The translations under genes were made by a program, and so were the position numbers. Positions 35,414 through 46,789 of a stretch of DNA of 64,000 nucleotides are shown piece by piece (positions within the stretch are counted from its first letter, which is position 1; each line of letters starts with the position of its first letter). The stretch lies in NCBI GenBank assembly GCA_013416795.1, contig RQSC01000031.1, positions 1 to 64,000 of the forward strand, read 5' to 3'. The notes under the pieces are model-generated. The model was not told the origin of the DNA and did not search any database. It saw nothing but the letters and a program-made list of their open reading frames with translations. This DNA comes from Prasinococcaceae sp. CCMP 1430. Lineage: Eukaryota; Plantae; Prasinodermophyta.

Positions 35414-37213
35414 TCACTCGACGCCTCGCTTCGCGAAGAACGCGGCCACGCTGCGCTGCTTCTTCCCCGCGTTCGGCGGGTGCGACGCGCGGGCGCGCTT
35501 GCCGCCAACGGGATGGCCGGCGCCGCCGTGCGCTGTAACTCCCTGCTGAGGCGGCCCGCGGCGCTCGCGCTCGATCTGCGCGAGGAGCAGCCTTTGCTCG
35601 GCCATGTCAATGGCGCTCAGGTCAAACGAGCCCGGCGAGGGAGCCTCAGTCGCGGTCGGCTGGCCATCCCGCGGCTGCCGCGGCGCGTGCGCCTGGCTGG
35701 CGGGCTTCGCGGGACGTGGGGCCTCTCTCATCTTGGCGGCGAAGCTCATCAGCGTGGGCTGGGCTGTGTCGACGCTCTCGAATCGACTCGCACCCACGCT
35801 CATGCACGTCACCTCGAGTGGGGCGCGAGCTGGCCCCAGCGTCGAAGAGGCCCACCTGCGAAGCGCCTCGGCGCACGGCTCTGCGAGCGCCGCGACGGCA
35901 AACTCCTGAGAACCGCCCTTGCGGGGAGGGAAGGGCAGCGCGCGGCTGCACCAGCCGCCCTTGTTGGTCACGGCAGGCGAGCGCCAGCCGACGTTCAGCG
36001 AGCGTGGCTCTCGGCCCTTTTTGAGCTCGTCCCGAAGCCGGGCTGCCAGCTGCCCCGCCAGTTGCGCGAGCCAGTGCTCGACGGGCTCCCAGCTGCGCAG
36101 CGTGTTGGGACCGACGAATGTCTTGCTGTAGCCGACCTGTGTTGCAGAGCCTCTGTCCTTGACGGCTTCTGAGTCCTCCCCTCTCGCGCATGCGAGCACC
36201 CACGCGGCAGTTTTGTCACTGCCGCACGCGGCACGCACCCTGGCCTCGCTGACGCGCGCGAGCTGACCCGCCGTGGACACTCCGAGCTCTCGTATCAACA
36301 CCTCACCGAGGCCGCCGCCGAGCCCCCTCAGTCGTGCCAGCGGCAGGTCCTCCAACATCCGGTGGATGCCACCCTCCGGAATCAGCGTTTGTTGGTTCGG
36401 CTTGTGCACCCCGCTGGCGAGCTTCGCGAGGAGCTTGTTGTGCGCAACGCCGCAGCTCGTCGTGAATGTCAGTCGGCGCTCGACCTCCTGGCGCGCCTCG
36501 TACGCAATGGCGGCACCGGCCACCAGCAGAGCGTCGCCAGGCGATACGCACGCGCGCGCGCGCGCAAACAGCGGGCACGCCGAGCTGCCGTGCGTGCCAG
36601 CACTCACGTCGGCACCACCGTGCACGGACACCTGCTCCGCGGGCTGTGGCGCCGCGTATCCGTTTCGCGCCTCCTCGCGACCGTGGTGCCGCGTACGTGC
36701 GCCACCCTCGAGGCCCTCAACGTGCGTGCCAGCTTCGCGTGCGAGAGACACAAGCTGCTCCCAAGGACGCCGCTGCAGCGCGCGGCGCGCGGCGGCGGTC
36801 ACGTCGGCGTACGCCTCGTCAACGCTGGCCTTCTCTATGACGCAATCATCGCCGAAGCACTCAGCCAGCGTTGCCAGCACCTCCTCCCCAGCCTCCCGAT
36901 AGTGACGGATGTCAGCCTTGCCGTGGGCGGTGGGCACGCGCACGAGCGCGAGCTGCGGGCAGTGCGTGCGCGCCTCAGCGCCGCGCATCTGGCGGCGCAC
37001 ACCCGCCGCTCTCGCCTCGTAGCTGACCGCGATGAGGCTGCCGTCGGAGCGGTCGTCGCGGCGTGCGTCCGAGGAGGGGCAGTCTGCGACATGCAGCGAG
37101 CGCGCGTCGTATTGCACGACGGCGAGCGGCACACCGCGCAGCTCTGGCCGCAGGCGCCGCTCGACCGCCACGTAGAACGCGTCTTGGTCGATGTGCAGCA
37201 CCACGCGATGCAT
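35414..37213 (-). CDS. POLH: Y-family translesion DNA polymerase eta
   Basis: HIDQDAFYVAVE, LIAVSYEARAAGV, GKADIRHYREAG, EKASVDEAY, GVAHNKLLAKLASGVHKPNQQT; C-terminal PIP-like QRSVAAFF. Confidence 0.92.
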   Translation of the reverse strand: MHRVVLHIDQDAFYVAVERRLRPELRGVPLAVVQYDARSLHVADCPSSDARRDDRSDGSLIAVSYEARAAGVRRQMRGAEARTHCPQLALVRVPTAHGKADIRHYREAGEEVLATLAECFGDDCVIEKASVDEAYADVTAAARRALQRRPWEQLVSLAREAGTHVEGLEGGARTRHHGREEARNGYAAPQPAEQVSVHGGADVSAGTHGSSACPLFARARACVSPGDALLVAGAAIAYEARQEVERRLTFTTSCGVAHNKLLAKLASGVHKPNQQTLIPEGGIHRMLEDLPLARLRGLGGGLGEVLIRELGVSTAGQLARVSEARVRAACGSDKTAAWVLACARGEDSEAVKDRGSATQVGYSKTFVGPNTLRSWEPVEHWLAQLAGQLAARLRDELKKGREPRSLNVGWRSPAVTNKGGWCSRALPFPPRKGGSQEFAVAALAEPCAEALRRWASSTLGPARAPLEVTCMSVGASRFESVDTAQPTLMSFAAKMREAPRPAKPASQAHAPRQPRDGQPTATEAPSPGSFDLSAIDMAEQRLLLAQIERERRGPPQQGVTAHGGAGHPVGGKRARASHPPNAGKKQRSVAAFFAKRGVE

Positions 37214-37553
37214 CCCGCCGGCGCTGAAGCCGGCGCGGCGCCACCTCCGCGCGCGCGCCGAGGTGTGGCATTCGCGTCGCCGCTGCGCGCTGCTGTTTCC
37301 CTGGACCCTCGTATTCAAAACCACCGGACTGCCGCCGAGCGACTACGCACCGGTGCCGCGCCACAGTGCCACGCGGGGCGCGCTGGACGGCGGGGTGGGC
37401 GGGGTGGGTCTGGAGCAGGCGTGGAAGGGGTCGGACGGGGCCGGGCCGCTCGTGCGGCGCGCCGCGCTCGCCGCCAGTCGCCGCCTGTCGCCGCCAGTCG
37501 CCGCCCCCACCCTCCCCGCATGTCCTGGCACGCTGCGGTGGCTGGCGTCCGCG

Positions 37554-40500
37554 ATGCAGGAGGGCGAGATGGAGGAGATTGAGGAGGGGGAACTGCCCGC
37601 CGAGCGAGGGGGCGAATGGAGTGCGGTGGACGCGCCCGTGCGCACGCCGCCGCCGCCGCCGCCGCCGCCACCTGCGCAGGACTTGCCTGGTATGCACCCG
37701 CTCGGGCAGCACGCGGACGCACGGGGTGGTGTGGGGGCAGCAGGCTCGCAACGGGCCAATCCACAGCTGCAGAGTTTGGCGCGGTTACCCCCTCCGCCAC
37801 CGCCATCGTTCGTCCCGCTTCGACTCCAGCCCAACGCGCCTCGCCCCGCCGGCCCACTGCAAGGACATCCGGTGGCCTCCACCAGCATGCAATCCGTGCC
37901 GCCTCCTTTGCCTCCGCACCCGCCGAGAATGCCGCCGCCAGCTGTACCGCAACAGACAACGGCGAGGCCAACGCCGCCTGCCATGCCGCCTGCTATGCAA
38001 CCGCCCATGCCGCCCCCCACCATGCCGCCAACGCACATCGTACCACCTCGCCCGAGCGTGCCACCGCCCACTGGGCGCTCGCTTCCGCCGCCTCTGCCGA
38101 GCGCGCCACCGCCGCACGCCCCGCCGCTGCCGCTGTCGAATGCACCGCCGCAGCTGCCACCCCCAGGGATGCTGCCGCCCCCAGGGATGCTGCCGCCTCC
38201 AGGGATGCCGCCCCCTCCCGAGCAGCAGCAACAACCGCAGCGGCGCCATGAGCAGCCGCAGCAGCAGCAGTCACAACAACAGCAGCGCGAAGCAGCTACG
38301 GCGCCCGCGCTGCCTGAGGGAGGCGCGGGCGCGGGCGAGGCAATACCATGCAAAAAGAAGAGGCGGCGAGGGACCAAGAAGGCGCGGGGCAGCAGGGCCA
38401 AGAAGACCGCGGAGGAGCCGGCACACGAGCAGACAAATCCACACGCGCAAGAGCAGACACATATAGACAAGGCGCCAGGAGCGGAGAACGAAGGTGCTGG
38501 GACAGAACGGCCGCCTTCGCTTGTGGACCCGACGCAGAGTGGGCTCCCAGTCTTGCCGCTAATGCAACGCCATGGAAATCAAGTCGAGCACGAGCAGCAG
38601 CACGAGACAGATGACGAGAACGCCAGGGCCAGGTATCCCCTTATGGCCCCCACGGCCTCACAGGCGGGCGAAAACTCCCATGCACGTGCGTTGTCATCTG
38701 TGCCGTCTGCGCACCACATGCAGCATCTACCAATGGCAATGTCTGTTGGAGAGCAGCTTCGCGTGCAACAGCAGAGCGTCGGACCACAGGTTGCGCAGGC
38801 GATCGTCACTGCGCCTACTGCTGAGCAAATGCAACTGCCGGCCGAGGATGCGCAGCGGCACCTTAATGAGCTGATGGCGGCAGTGCAGGCCGCGCGCGAG
38901 GCGGCGACAGGCACGCCACAGCAACTTGAAGCGCTGTCGGCGGCAATGGCCGCGGCAACCGCTGCTGCGGCACTCTCGCGACGCGTGGGTGGAGACAATG
39001 CCAATCAAAGCGTTGACAAGAAACGTGCGCGGCCGCCACCGCCACCGCCGCGGCCGCCGCCTCCGCCTCCGCCGAGTGCGCATGCAGAGCTGCTTCCATT
39101 GGAAAGCCGAGAGAAAGCAACGGCGCCAGTGACAACAGCGGACGGGGCGCCTCCCATTGCGCGAGACTTGTTGAGTCGTGACCCGCGCGTGCGTGCACGT
39201 GCCGCTGAGGATTGGAGAGCAAGCAGTGCGTCAGATCAGGATGCGGATGCAGACGCTGGCGCAGGAAAGGAGGCACAAGCTCTGACATCGACCAAGGGCC
39301 CCCCGCGCGCGCCGTCCCCGTCTCTCCCACGATTGCTATCCCAGCGCAAGCTCAGCCTGGTCCTCGACGTCGACCACACCTTGCTGAATTCTGTGACCGT
39401 CGAGGCCCTTGAGGAGCGCGACGAAGGTGTGCTTGCGGAAACCGTGCGACAGATGGCGGCTGCCGAGGCGCAACTTGAGTTCGACCAGCGCAGTTTTTTC
39501 AAGTTCGAGCGACTGGGTCTGTGGACGAAGCTGCGTCCTTACGTCCGCGAGTTTTTGCTGGGGGCGTCGAAGATTGCAGAGCTACACCTGTTCACCATGG
39601 GAAGGACGCAGTACGCGAATGAGGTGGGCAATCTTCTCGACCCGGATGGCGCGCTCTTTGGCGTGGAGCCGCGGCGGCGCATTGTCGGAAGGGAAGGGCT
39701 CGCAGTCGACGCAGAGGGGAAGAGGTCGTGGAAGGTATTCAAGCCTGCCCTGACGCTGACGTAGGGGGCTGATGTGCGTCTTGAGTGCGCCTCTGCTGAC
39801 ACGTGCGCATGCTTGCCGTATGGAATCCTCCGCACCCGTCTGCGGCGCGACCTTGCTTGCCTAAGGACCTTCGCTGGGTGGATTCGGATGAGCGTCATGT
39901 ATTGATCGTCGACGACACCGAAGAGGCCTGGCCAGGTCACGGCGCCAACCTCATCGCAGTCGAGCGTTACTCGTACTTTCCCCCGGACGATGAGGGCCTC
40001 GGCGGTCCTGGCGGTGGTCGAAAGGGTCCCTCGCTCCTGCGTGCAAGCCGCGACGAGTCAACTGCGGATGGCCAGCTAGCAGCGACTCTGTCTCTGCTCA
40101 AGCGCGTGCATGCGCGCGCGTTTGCAGATCTCGACGCCGCTATCGCATCGCGTGTGGGCGCACCTCTGGGGGGCGAGGGCGTCGACGGCGTTGACAGCGT
40201 CGAGGGCGCCCTCGACGTGTGCAGGAGCCTTGGCGAGGAGCGGGCGACGCACCTGGCTGGTGTCGTCGTGCTCTTCTCTCGCCTCATCCCACTTGGCGAC
40301 CCGAATCCTGAGCGCCACCCACTGTGGCGACTCGCGCTCGCGCTCGGGGCGACGGTGGTAGAGCAGGTGTGTTAGCACATGCGCGTGTGCGCGTGCGCTG
40401 TGCTTGCCTGAAGGTGCGCGTGGAGGGATGCGCGCGCGCTAACTTCGCCCTCGCTGTCCCGGCTGCAGGAGTGCCCCGCTGTCACACATGTGGTGACCTC

Positions 40501-40627
40501 GAGCGGGGGCACGTCCAAGGTCGCGTGGGCTCGTTCCACCGGCCGCTACGCAGTTCGCCCCGACTTCCTGCTTGCGGCCAAGATAATGGGTAGGCGCATG
40601 GACGAGGCGGCCTTCGCGGTGAGCTAG
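37554..40627 (+). CDS. CPL3: RNA Pol II CTD phosphatase FCP1/CPL3-like (exons 37554-39734, 39866-40366, 40469-40627)
   Basis: RKLSLVLDVDHTLLNS (DxDxT), TKLRPYVREFL, VLIVDD, C-terminal BRCT (HPLWRLALALGA..VTHVV); long Pro-rich N-terminus. Confidence 0.88.
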
Positions 40628-40813
40628 CGCCAGCCTCGAGGACCGCACTGGGTAATCACGAGCCCCCTCGGGCTGTCCACCAGAATTCGACGCGCCTATT
40701 TTGGCGCGGCGAGCGCGCGGCCGCGGGGTTCCCCGAGAGCGCGCGTGTCACTGCGCGCGCGGCCGCGCGGCCCCCCTGGCGCCGCCCCCGTCCCCAACCG
40801 CGGCAGGGGGGCG

Positions 40814-42784
40814 ATGGGGGACGACGTGCAGCTGCAGCGAGCGATATTTGCATCGCTGCAGTCGCAGCGTGCGCCCGCACCTGCGCCCGCCTCGCGTGCG
40901 CCCGCTGGCGGCGGCGGGCCGCGCGACTCGAGGCTGCCCGGGAGGCGCAGCTGGGCTCCCGCGTCGACGCCGTGGTCGGGCGTGCCCCTTGCCGCGGCAA
41001 TCAACGCGGCCGTCACAGAGGCCGGCGGCGGCGCCCATGGGAGCCAGCGCACTCGACGTGGCGGAACGACCGACCACGCGCCCAGCGCCAGCGGCAGGGG
41101 ACCCGCCGGCGCGGGCGCCGCTCATTCGGGCGGTAGCGGCGGCCCTGCCGGAAGCGGCGACGGCGTGGGCGGCGCGCTCTCGTGGCATGTGTGCGACGGC
41201 TCAGCTGCCGGCGCCGCCCTGTCGGAAGGTGCGCGAATGAGCGGCTCCTTGGCAGGCACCTCCGCGTCCAAGGCGGCGTGCGCCGAGTGCTCACTCGACG
41301 ACGTGCCGCACTCCAGCGCGCGCGAGGCGTTGCGCGCCAGGCGCTACGAGTTGCGCTGTCGCCTGCGCGTGCCACACACGCCACCGGGATCGGATGCTTC
41401 GCCCATGTGCTGGCTGTGCCTCTGGCGCGGCTCAGGCGGCGAGTTGGTCTGCCTGCGGCTCGATTGCGCGCAACGAGAGTGGCTGCTCGAGACGCGGCGC
41501 GGCCCGGCGGGGTCGCGCGTGGGGAGGGTGCTCGCTGAGAGGAAGGACAAGGAGCTTAGGCCCGGCGCGTGGCACGACATGCATGTGCGGGTGCACGCGA
41601 GCTCGGGCGACAGCGGCGGCAGCGGCGGCGGCACTTCTGTGACTGTGCGCACCACAGGTGGGGCCTCCGTGTTCGACGTGCCCTCGATGATGCCAGCCGA
41701 CGAAGTCGCGAGTGCCGAACCATTCGTGGGCGTCGGGGTGTTCAAAGGCAGCGTGCAGTGGAGGGGGTGGGAAGTGACGGCCGCGCAGAGCGGCGGCAGC
41801 GGTGGCGGAGAGCGAAAAGTCGCTCCGTACTCGGGAGACGACCCGCACCTCGTCGAGGCTCTGGAGCGCGACATCCTCGACCGGGAGCTTGGGGTCACGT
41901 TCGACGATATCGCGAGCCTCGAGGATGCCAAGGCGTTGCTCAATGAGGCCGTCGTGCTGCCTCTTATTATACCAGAGGCGTTCACGGGCATCCGCGAGCC
42001 ATGGAAGGGCGTGCTGCTCTACGGACCTCCGGGGACGGGCAAGACGCTGCTCGCGCGCGCGGTGGCGGGCACCGCCGGCTTGACCTTCTTCAACTGCTCG
42101 GCCGCCACGCTGACGTCCAAGTGGCGCGGCGAGAGCGAGAAGATGGTGCGCGCGCTCTTCGGCCTCGCGCGCCACCACGCGCCGAGTGTCATATTCATTG
42201 ACGAGGTGGACGCGCTCGCCTCCACACGCGGAGCAGACGGCGAGCACGAGTCATCGCGGCGCTTCAAGGCGGAGCTCCTCGCGCAGATGGATGGCATCGC
42301 GAGCACGAATGCGCAGGCTGGTGGAGCGGTGGGCGGTGGAGGCGCCAGTGCCAACGTCATGGTGCTGGCGACCACCAACGCGCCGTGGGATCTGGACGAG
42401 GCCCTCCGGCGGAGGCTCGAGAAGCGCATCCACGTGCCCCTGCCCGACGCTCCTGCGCGCGAGCAGGCGTTGCGCATCCACCTGCGGGACGTCAACGTGG
42501 GCGAGGGCGTCGACCTCGGGCGCGTGGCGCGGGACTGCGAGGGCTTCAGCGGGGCGGACCTCAAGGTCGTGTGTCGGGACGCCGCGATGCGGCCCATGCG
42601 GCGATTGGCCTCGGGGAAGACTCCCGAGCAGCTGCGTGCGATGCGCGACGGCGGCGCCCTCTCTCTGGACGCCGCACTCACCGCCGACGACTTCGCGCAG
42701 GCGCTCGGTCGCACGCGCCCCTCCGTCGCGGCCGCGGACACCGCGCGCTTCGCGGAGTGGGCGAAGGAGTATGGCAGCACGTGA
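40814..42784 (+). CDS. Katanin p60-family AAA ATPase with an extra N-terminal beta-rich domain
   Basis: ALERDIL, FDDIASLEDAK.LL.EAVVLP, PWKGVLLYGPPGTGKT, SKWRGESEK, IFIDEVD, TNAPWDLDEALRRRLEKRI, Vps4_C-like end. Confidence 0.92.
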   Translation: MGDDVQLQRAIFASLQSQRAPAPAPASRAPAGGGGPRDSRLPGRRSWAPASTPWSGVPLAAAINAAVTEAGGGAHGSQRTRRGGTTDHAPSASGRGPAGAGAAHSGGSGGPAGSGDGVGGALSWHVCDGSAAGAALSEGARMSGSLAGTSASKAACAECSLDDVPHSSAREALRARRYELRCRLRVPHTPPGSDASPMCWLCLWRGSGGELVCLRLDCAQREWLLETRRGPAGSRVGRVLAERKDKELRPGAWHDMHVRVHASSGDSGGSGGGTSVTVRTTGGASVFDVPSMMPADEVASAEPFVGVGVFKGSVQWRGWEVTAAQSGGSGGGERKVAPYSGDDPHLVEALERDILDRELGVTFDDIASLEDAKALLNEAVVLPLIIPEAFTGIREPWKGVLLYGPPGTGKTLLARAVAGTAGLTFFNCSAATLTSKWRGESEKMVRALFGLARHHAPSVIFIDEVDALASTRGADGEHESSRRFKAELLAQMDGIASTNAQAGGAVGGGGASANVMVLATTNAPWDLDEALRRRLEKRIHVPLPDAPAREQALRIHLRDVNVGEGVDLGRVARDCEGFSGADLKVVCRDAAMRPMRRLASGKTPEQLRAMRDGGALSLDAALTADDFAQALGRTRPSVAAADTARFAEWAKEYGST

Positions 42785-43329
42785 GTGGCCACCTCGGCAT
42801 CGAGGGGCCGCAGCACGCGGGCCACCGGCGTGCGTGGCGACTGCGTGCACGCGCGCGTTCCACGATGCGTGCCACCCCGAGGGTACGTCCCACCTTACGT
42901 CCCACACACGTTGCCCTGAGGAGACTGGAACGTCTGACGCTAAATAAATAAACGCATTGATGACATGAATTGGAGCGTCGTCTTCGGTGCGAAAGCCGCA
43001 GCATCGGTAAGTGGCTTCGTGGCGGCGCTTCTTGTCACACACGTGTGGCTGGCGCGGCGTTGGGTATTTGGGGTAGGGTTTAACATCCCTTGTTCGATGA
43101 ATGCTTTGTGGCGTGATTTCGCGCTGGGGAGAGGTTCGGGGTTGGAACGGTGCCGGCCGGCGGCCCGCGCCGAAATATCTCTTGCGGAATGGGAGCGAGT
43201 GCGCGCCAGAAAGCGGGGGAGTTGGCAGCGCCACAGCGCGCGCGCGCGCGTGCGTGCGCGGCGCGGCGCGGCGGCGAGCAGGCCTGCGATCGGCTGCCCG
43301 GCTACCTGCGGGGAGGGATCGCGGAGACG

Positions 43330-45914
43330 ATGGCGTGTGCAAGGGCGGCCGCGGCCGCGCGCGGGGCGGCGCCCGCGGGGGCGAACGCCGCGGCGCGCGG
43401 CCGCGCGCGCAGTGCTGCACCCGCGGCGGGCGGACGCCGACATGGAGCGGGAGCGCTTCCCAGGCAAGTTTGTCGGCGAGGCGCCGCCCGAGGACATGCC
43501 GCTCCACCTGCAGGAGCGCGGGCGCATCAAGACGCCGTGGGACGACGTCAAGGCAGAACTCGCGGAGAGGTTCGGCACCTCGCCCGAGGCCCTCGAGAAG
43601 GCGGGCACGATCACCGATGAGGAGATGGCCAAGGCGTACACAATGATGAAGGTGCGCAGCCGGGCCGCGGCAAAGGGCAGCGGAGGCTCGGGTGGAGCGC
43701 CCGCGCATTCGAGCGCTGCGGAGATCGAAGCGACGCGCCCCCGAGTGACGGCGTGCGCGCTGACACGCCGCCCGCCGCCAACGGTCCCGCTCCTGGCCTG
43801 CGTTGCCGCAGCTTTGCCGCGAGTTCGAGAACGAGTGCAGCCAGTCTTACATGAAGGGCAACATCCGCGGCTTCATGCACCTTGACAGCGGCCAGGAGTC
43901 CGTCCCCGCGCTGCTCGCCGACTCCATCCGCACGGACGACATCAAGCACTCGAACTACCGCGACCACTGCCACGCGCTCGCCTCGGGCGTGGACCCCGGC
44001 GCGGTGATGGCCGAGCTGTACGGCAAGGACGGGGGCACGTGCCGCGGCACGGGCGGCAGCATGCACATCCACGATCCCGCCACGAACTTCCAGGGCGGCT
44101 GGGGCCTGGTCGCCGAGCAGCTGCCATACGCCGTGGGCGCCGCGCGCTCCATCCACATGGACCGCTGCCTCGGCTACCCGGGTAAGCAGCACCGCCTGCA
44201 CGAGTTCGATAAGATGGAGAAGGATGACCGCATCTGCGTGGTCTTCCTGGGAGATGGCGCCGCTCAGAACGGTCGCATGGCCGAGTGCCTAAACGCCGCG
44301 TCCAAGGAAAATCTGCCGATCCTCTTCCTGGTTACTGACAACGGCCGCGCCATCAACACTTTCACTGGGGACGTTGCGGCCAACCAGGCGGTGTACCGCA
44401 TGGGCGAGCACTATGGTGTCCCGGGCGCGCTGGTGGACGGCCAGAGCATGGAGGACACGCTCAAAGTAGGCCGCGTGGTGATCGACTACGTGCGCAACGA
44501 GGGCCCAGCCATCCTGCAGGTGCACTCCTTCCGCTTCAACGGCCACTCCCCCGCGGACCCCGAGCACGAGCGCAACCGCAAGGAGGAAAAGCGCTGGGCG
44601 CGCAAGGAGGCCGATCCCATCAAGATTTTCAAGGCGAGCGAGGCCGCCACGCGCATCAATATCGAAGAATGCGACGCCGAGGCTGCGAAGATCGTCAAGG
44701 CAGCAATTGACTTCGCCGACGCGTCGCCGGACCCGCCCTCGACGCTCGCGCACGATTTTGAGTACCCTGACCCGGTGACCACCGACTACGCCGCGCGCGA
44801 GCCTGTCGACGGGCTGGCAGTTGCCGAGCTGCTCACCACGAGCGCCAACCCCGCGTACGCGCTCGACGCGTTGCGTGCGACCATCGATCAGCTGCGCGCG
44901 AAGGCGGCAGACAAGTCGCCCAAGGGCGGCCTGTCGATCGGCGACGCCGTCAACCTGGCCATCCTCGAGGAGATGTTGCGCGACCCGACGACCACCATCC
45001 ACGCAGAGGACCTCCAGGCCGGCTCGTCATACAACGTGCCCGCGCACACGCAGCAGGCCTTCGGTCGCATCCGCGCGTGCGATGAGATCATCGACGAGGG
45101 TCACTTCATAGGCAAGGCCATCGGCGAGGCGATGAACGGCTACCGTCCCATTGTGGAGATGATGAACATGAACTTCGCCATCTACGGCATGCCGGAGCTC
45201 TCGTGCGCGGGCGGCATCTACGGGACTACCGGGGGCAAGTTCATCCTGCCCATGACCATAATTGGCGCGGGCGGCACGGCCCCCAACCAGTCGCTTGGCT
45301 CCGAGCACTCGCAGCCGCTCCACGCGTACATCATGGGCTTCGCTGGCCTCAAGATTGTGTCGGCAGCGAGCCCCGACGCGGCCTACGGCTTGGTGAAGAG
45401 CGCCATCCGGGACAATGGGCCATGCGTGGTGCTTCTGCCCGTCAAGATGATGAAGGTGAAGGGCGAATGCGACCTCGACGTCTTCTACCCGCTGCATAAG
45501 GCGCGCTACCTGCTGCGGGCGCCTGACGCCGCGCTGGCCGCCGGCAAGGGCGTGACGCTGCTCACGTACCTGCACGGTGTCAAGGAGGCGCGCGACGCCG
45601 TGGCCGAGCTCGGCGATGAGGCCGGCGTCGATCTCATCGAGTTGACCAGCCTGAAGCCGCTGGACATGCACACCATCCGCGAGTCGCTCTCGCGCACGCA
45701 CCGGCTGGTCATCCTGGACGAGTCGACGCACTCGGGCGGTGTGGGCGCGACCGTGTGCGCGCGCGTCTCGGAGGAGTGCTTCGACGAGCTCGACGCGCCG
45801 ATCATGCGGCTGTGCATGGAGGACGCGCCGGTGCCGTACTCGACGGCCATCGAGAAGGCCGTGGTGAAGCGCCGCTCGGACGTCGTGGAGGGCATCCGCA
45901 GCCTCTTCCAGTAG
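43330..45914 (+). CDS. Fused pyruvate dehydrogenase E1 alpha-beta, plastid-type (intron 43652-43811; apparent 2-nt slip in the transit peptide)
   Basis: Alpha: GFMHLDSGQE, YRDHCHAL, GGSMH, GDGAAQNG...DN (TPP), RFNGHSPADP. Beta in the same ORF: DAVNLAILEEM, GYRPIVEMMNMNF, EHSQ, VDLIELTSLKPLD, DAPVPY. Confidence 0.92.
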
Positions 45915-46789
45915 CTCCGCAGCAGGAGGGGCGCCCCGCCCGCGTCGCGCGATTCGCGACGCGTGCGAGCCCGAGGCTGTCGTGCTGAGCCTGAGGCCGA
46001 GCGCGCGGGGGCATCGCGTCCGACCATTTAACATCCGTTCTGTCTGTACTGCTGCGCCGACGTCCGAGCCTTGCCTGTGCCCTCGCGCTCGTGCCTCCCC
46101 GCGCCCCCGCCCGTGCTCTTTCCACGCGGCCCGTCAGTCCCCTCCCCCTCCCGACGACGCTCGAGGTGTGCGACGATGCGCGAAACGCACCGTGCGCGAA
46201 ACAGATACGATGAACGAAACACTCGGCACACTCGTGTCCACACACACACGGCATCTTTCGGCGAAACGAAACGGCCTCAATGAATCCATTCATATGTCCC
46301 AAACGGCGAAACAGACACGGAAAGGGCCTCAATTCAGAAACGGCCTCACTCAACCACATTCGATTTGCCGTACCGCCACCCAGCTCAACCGAATTCGTCA
46401 CTTATTAATCCGCTGAAGTCTATGGCGACGGCGAGGCATCCGCGCGGGGCATCTCCCCCCGCGCGGAGTAGCAGCGCAGCGCGCGTGCGCGCACGCCCGC
46501 GCGCGGGGCGCCGCGCCAGTCAGCGGCAGCAGCGCTCGCGGCGGGCGCCGGGGTGGTCGCGCTGGCGCCGCAGGCCATCGGGGCGCGGAGGGGGGCGATC
46601 CGGACGGAATGGGGAGCGGAGGTGCGAGCGAGCGCGCGTGCGCCGGCCGCTGACGTGCGAGCACGCGCGCGGTGACACACGCACGCCGCTCGTGCGCAGG
46701 ACGGAGGAGGGCCTCCGCCGCGGCGTTGCTGACAGTCACCCGCGGCCCGCCCGCCCGCGAGCGCCAGCAAGGCCAACGAGCGCTTCGAG

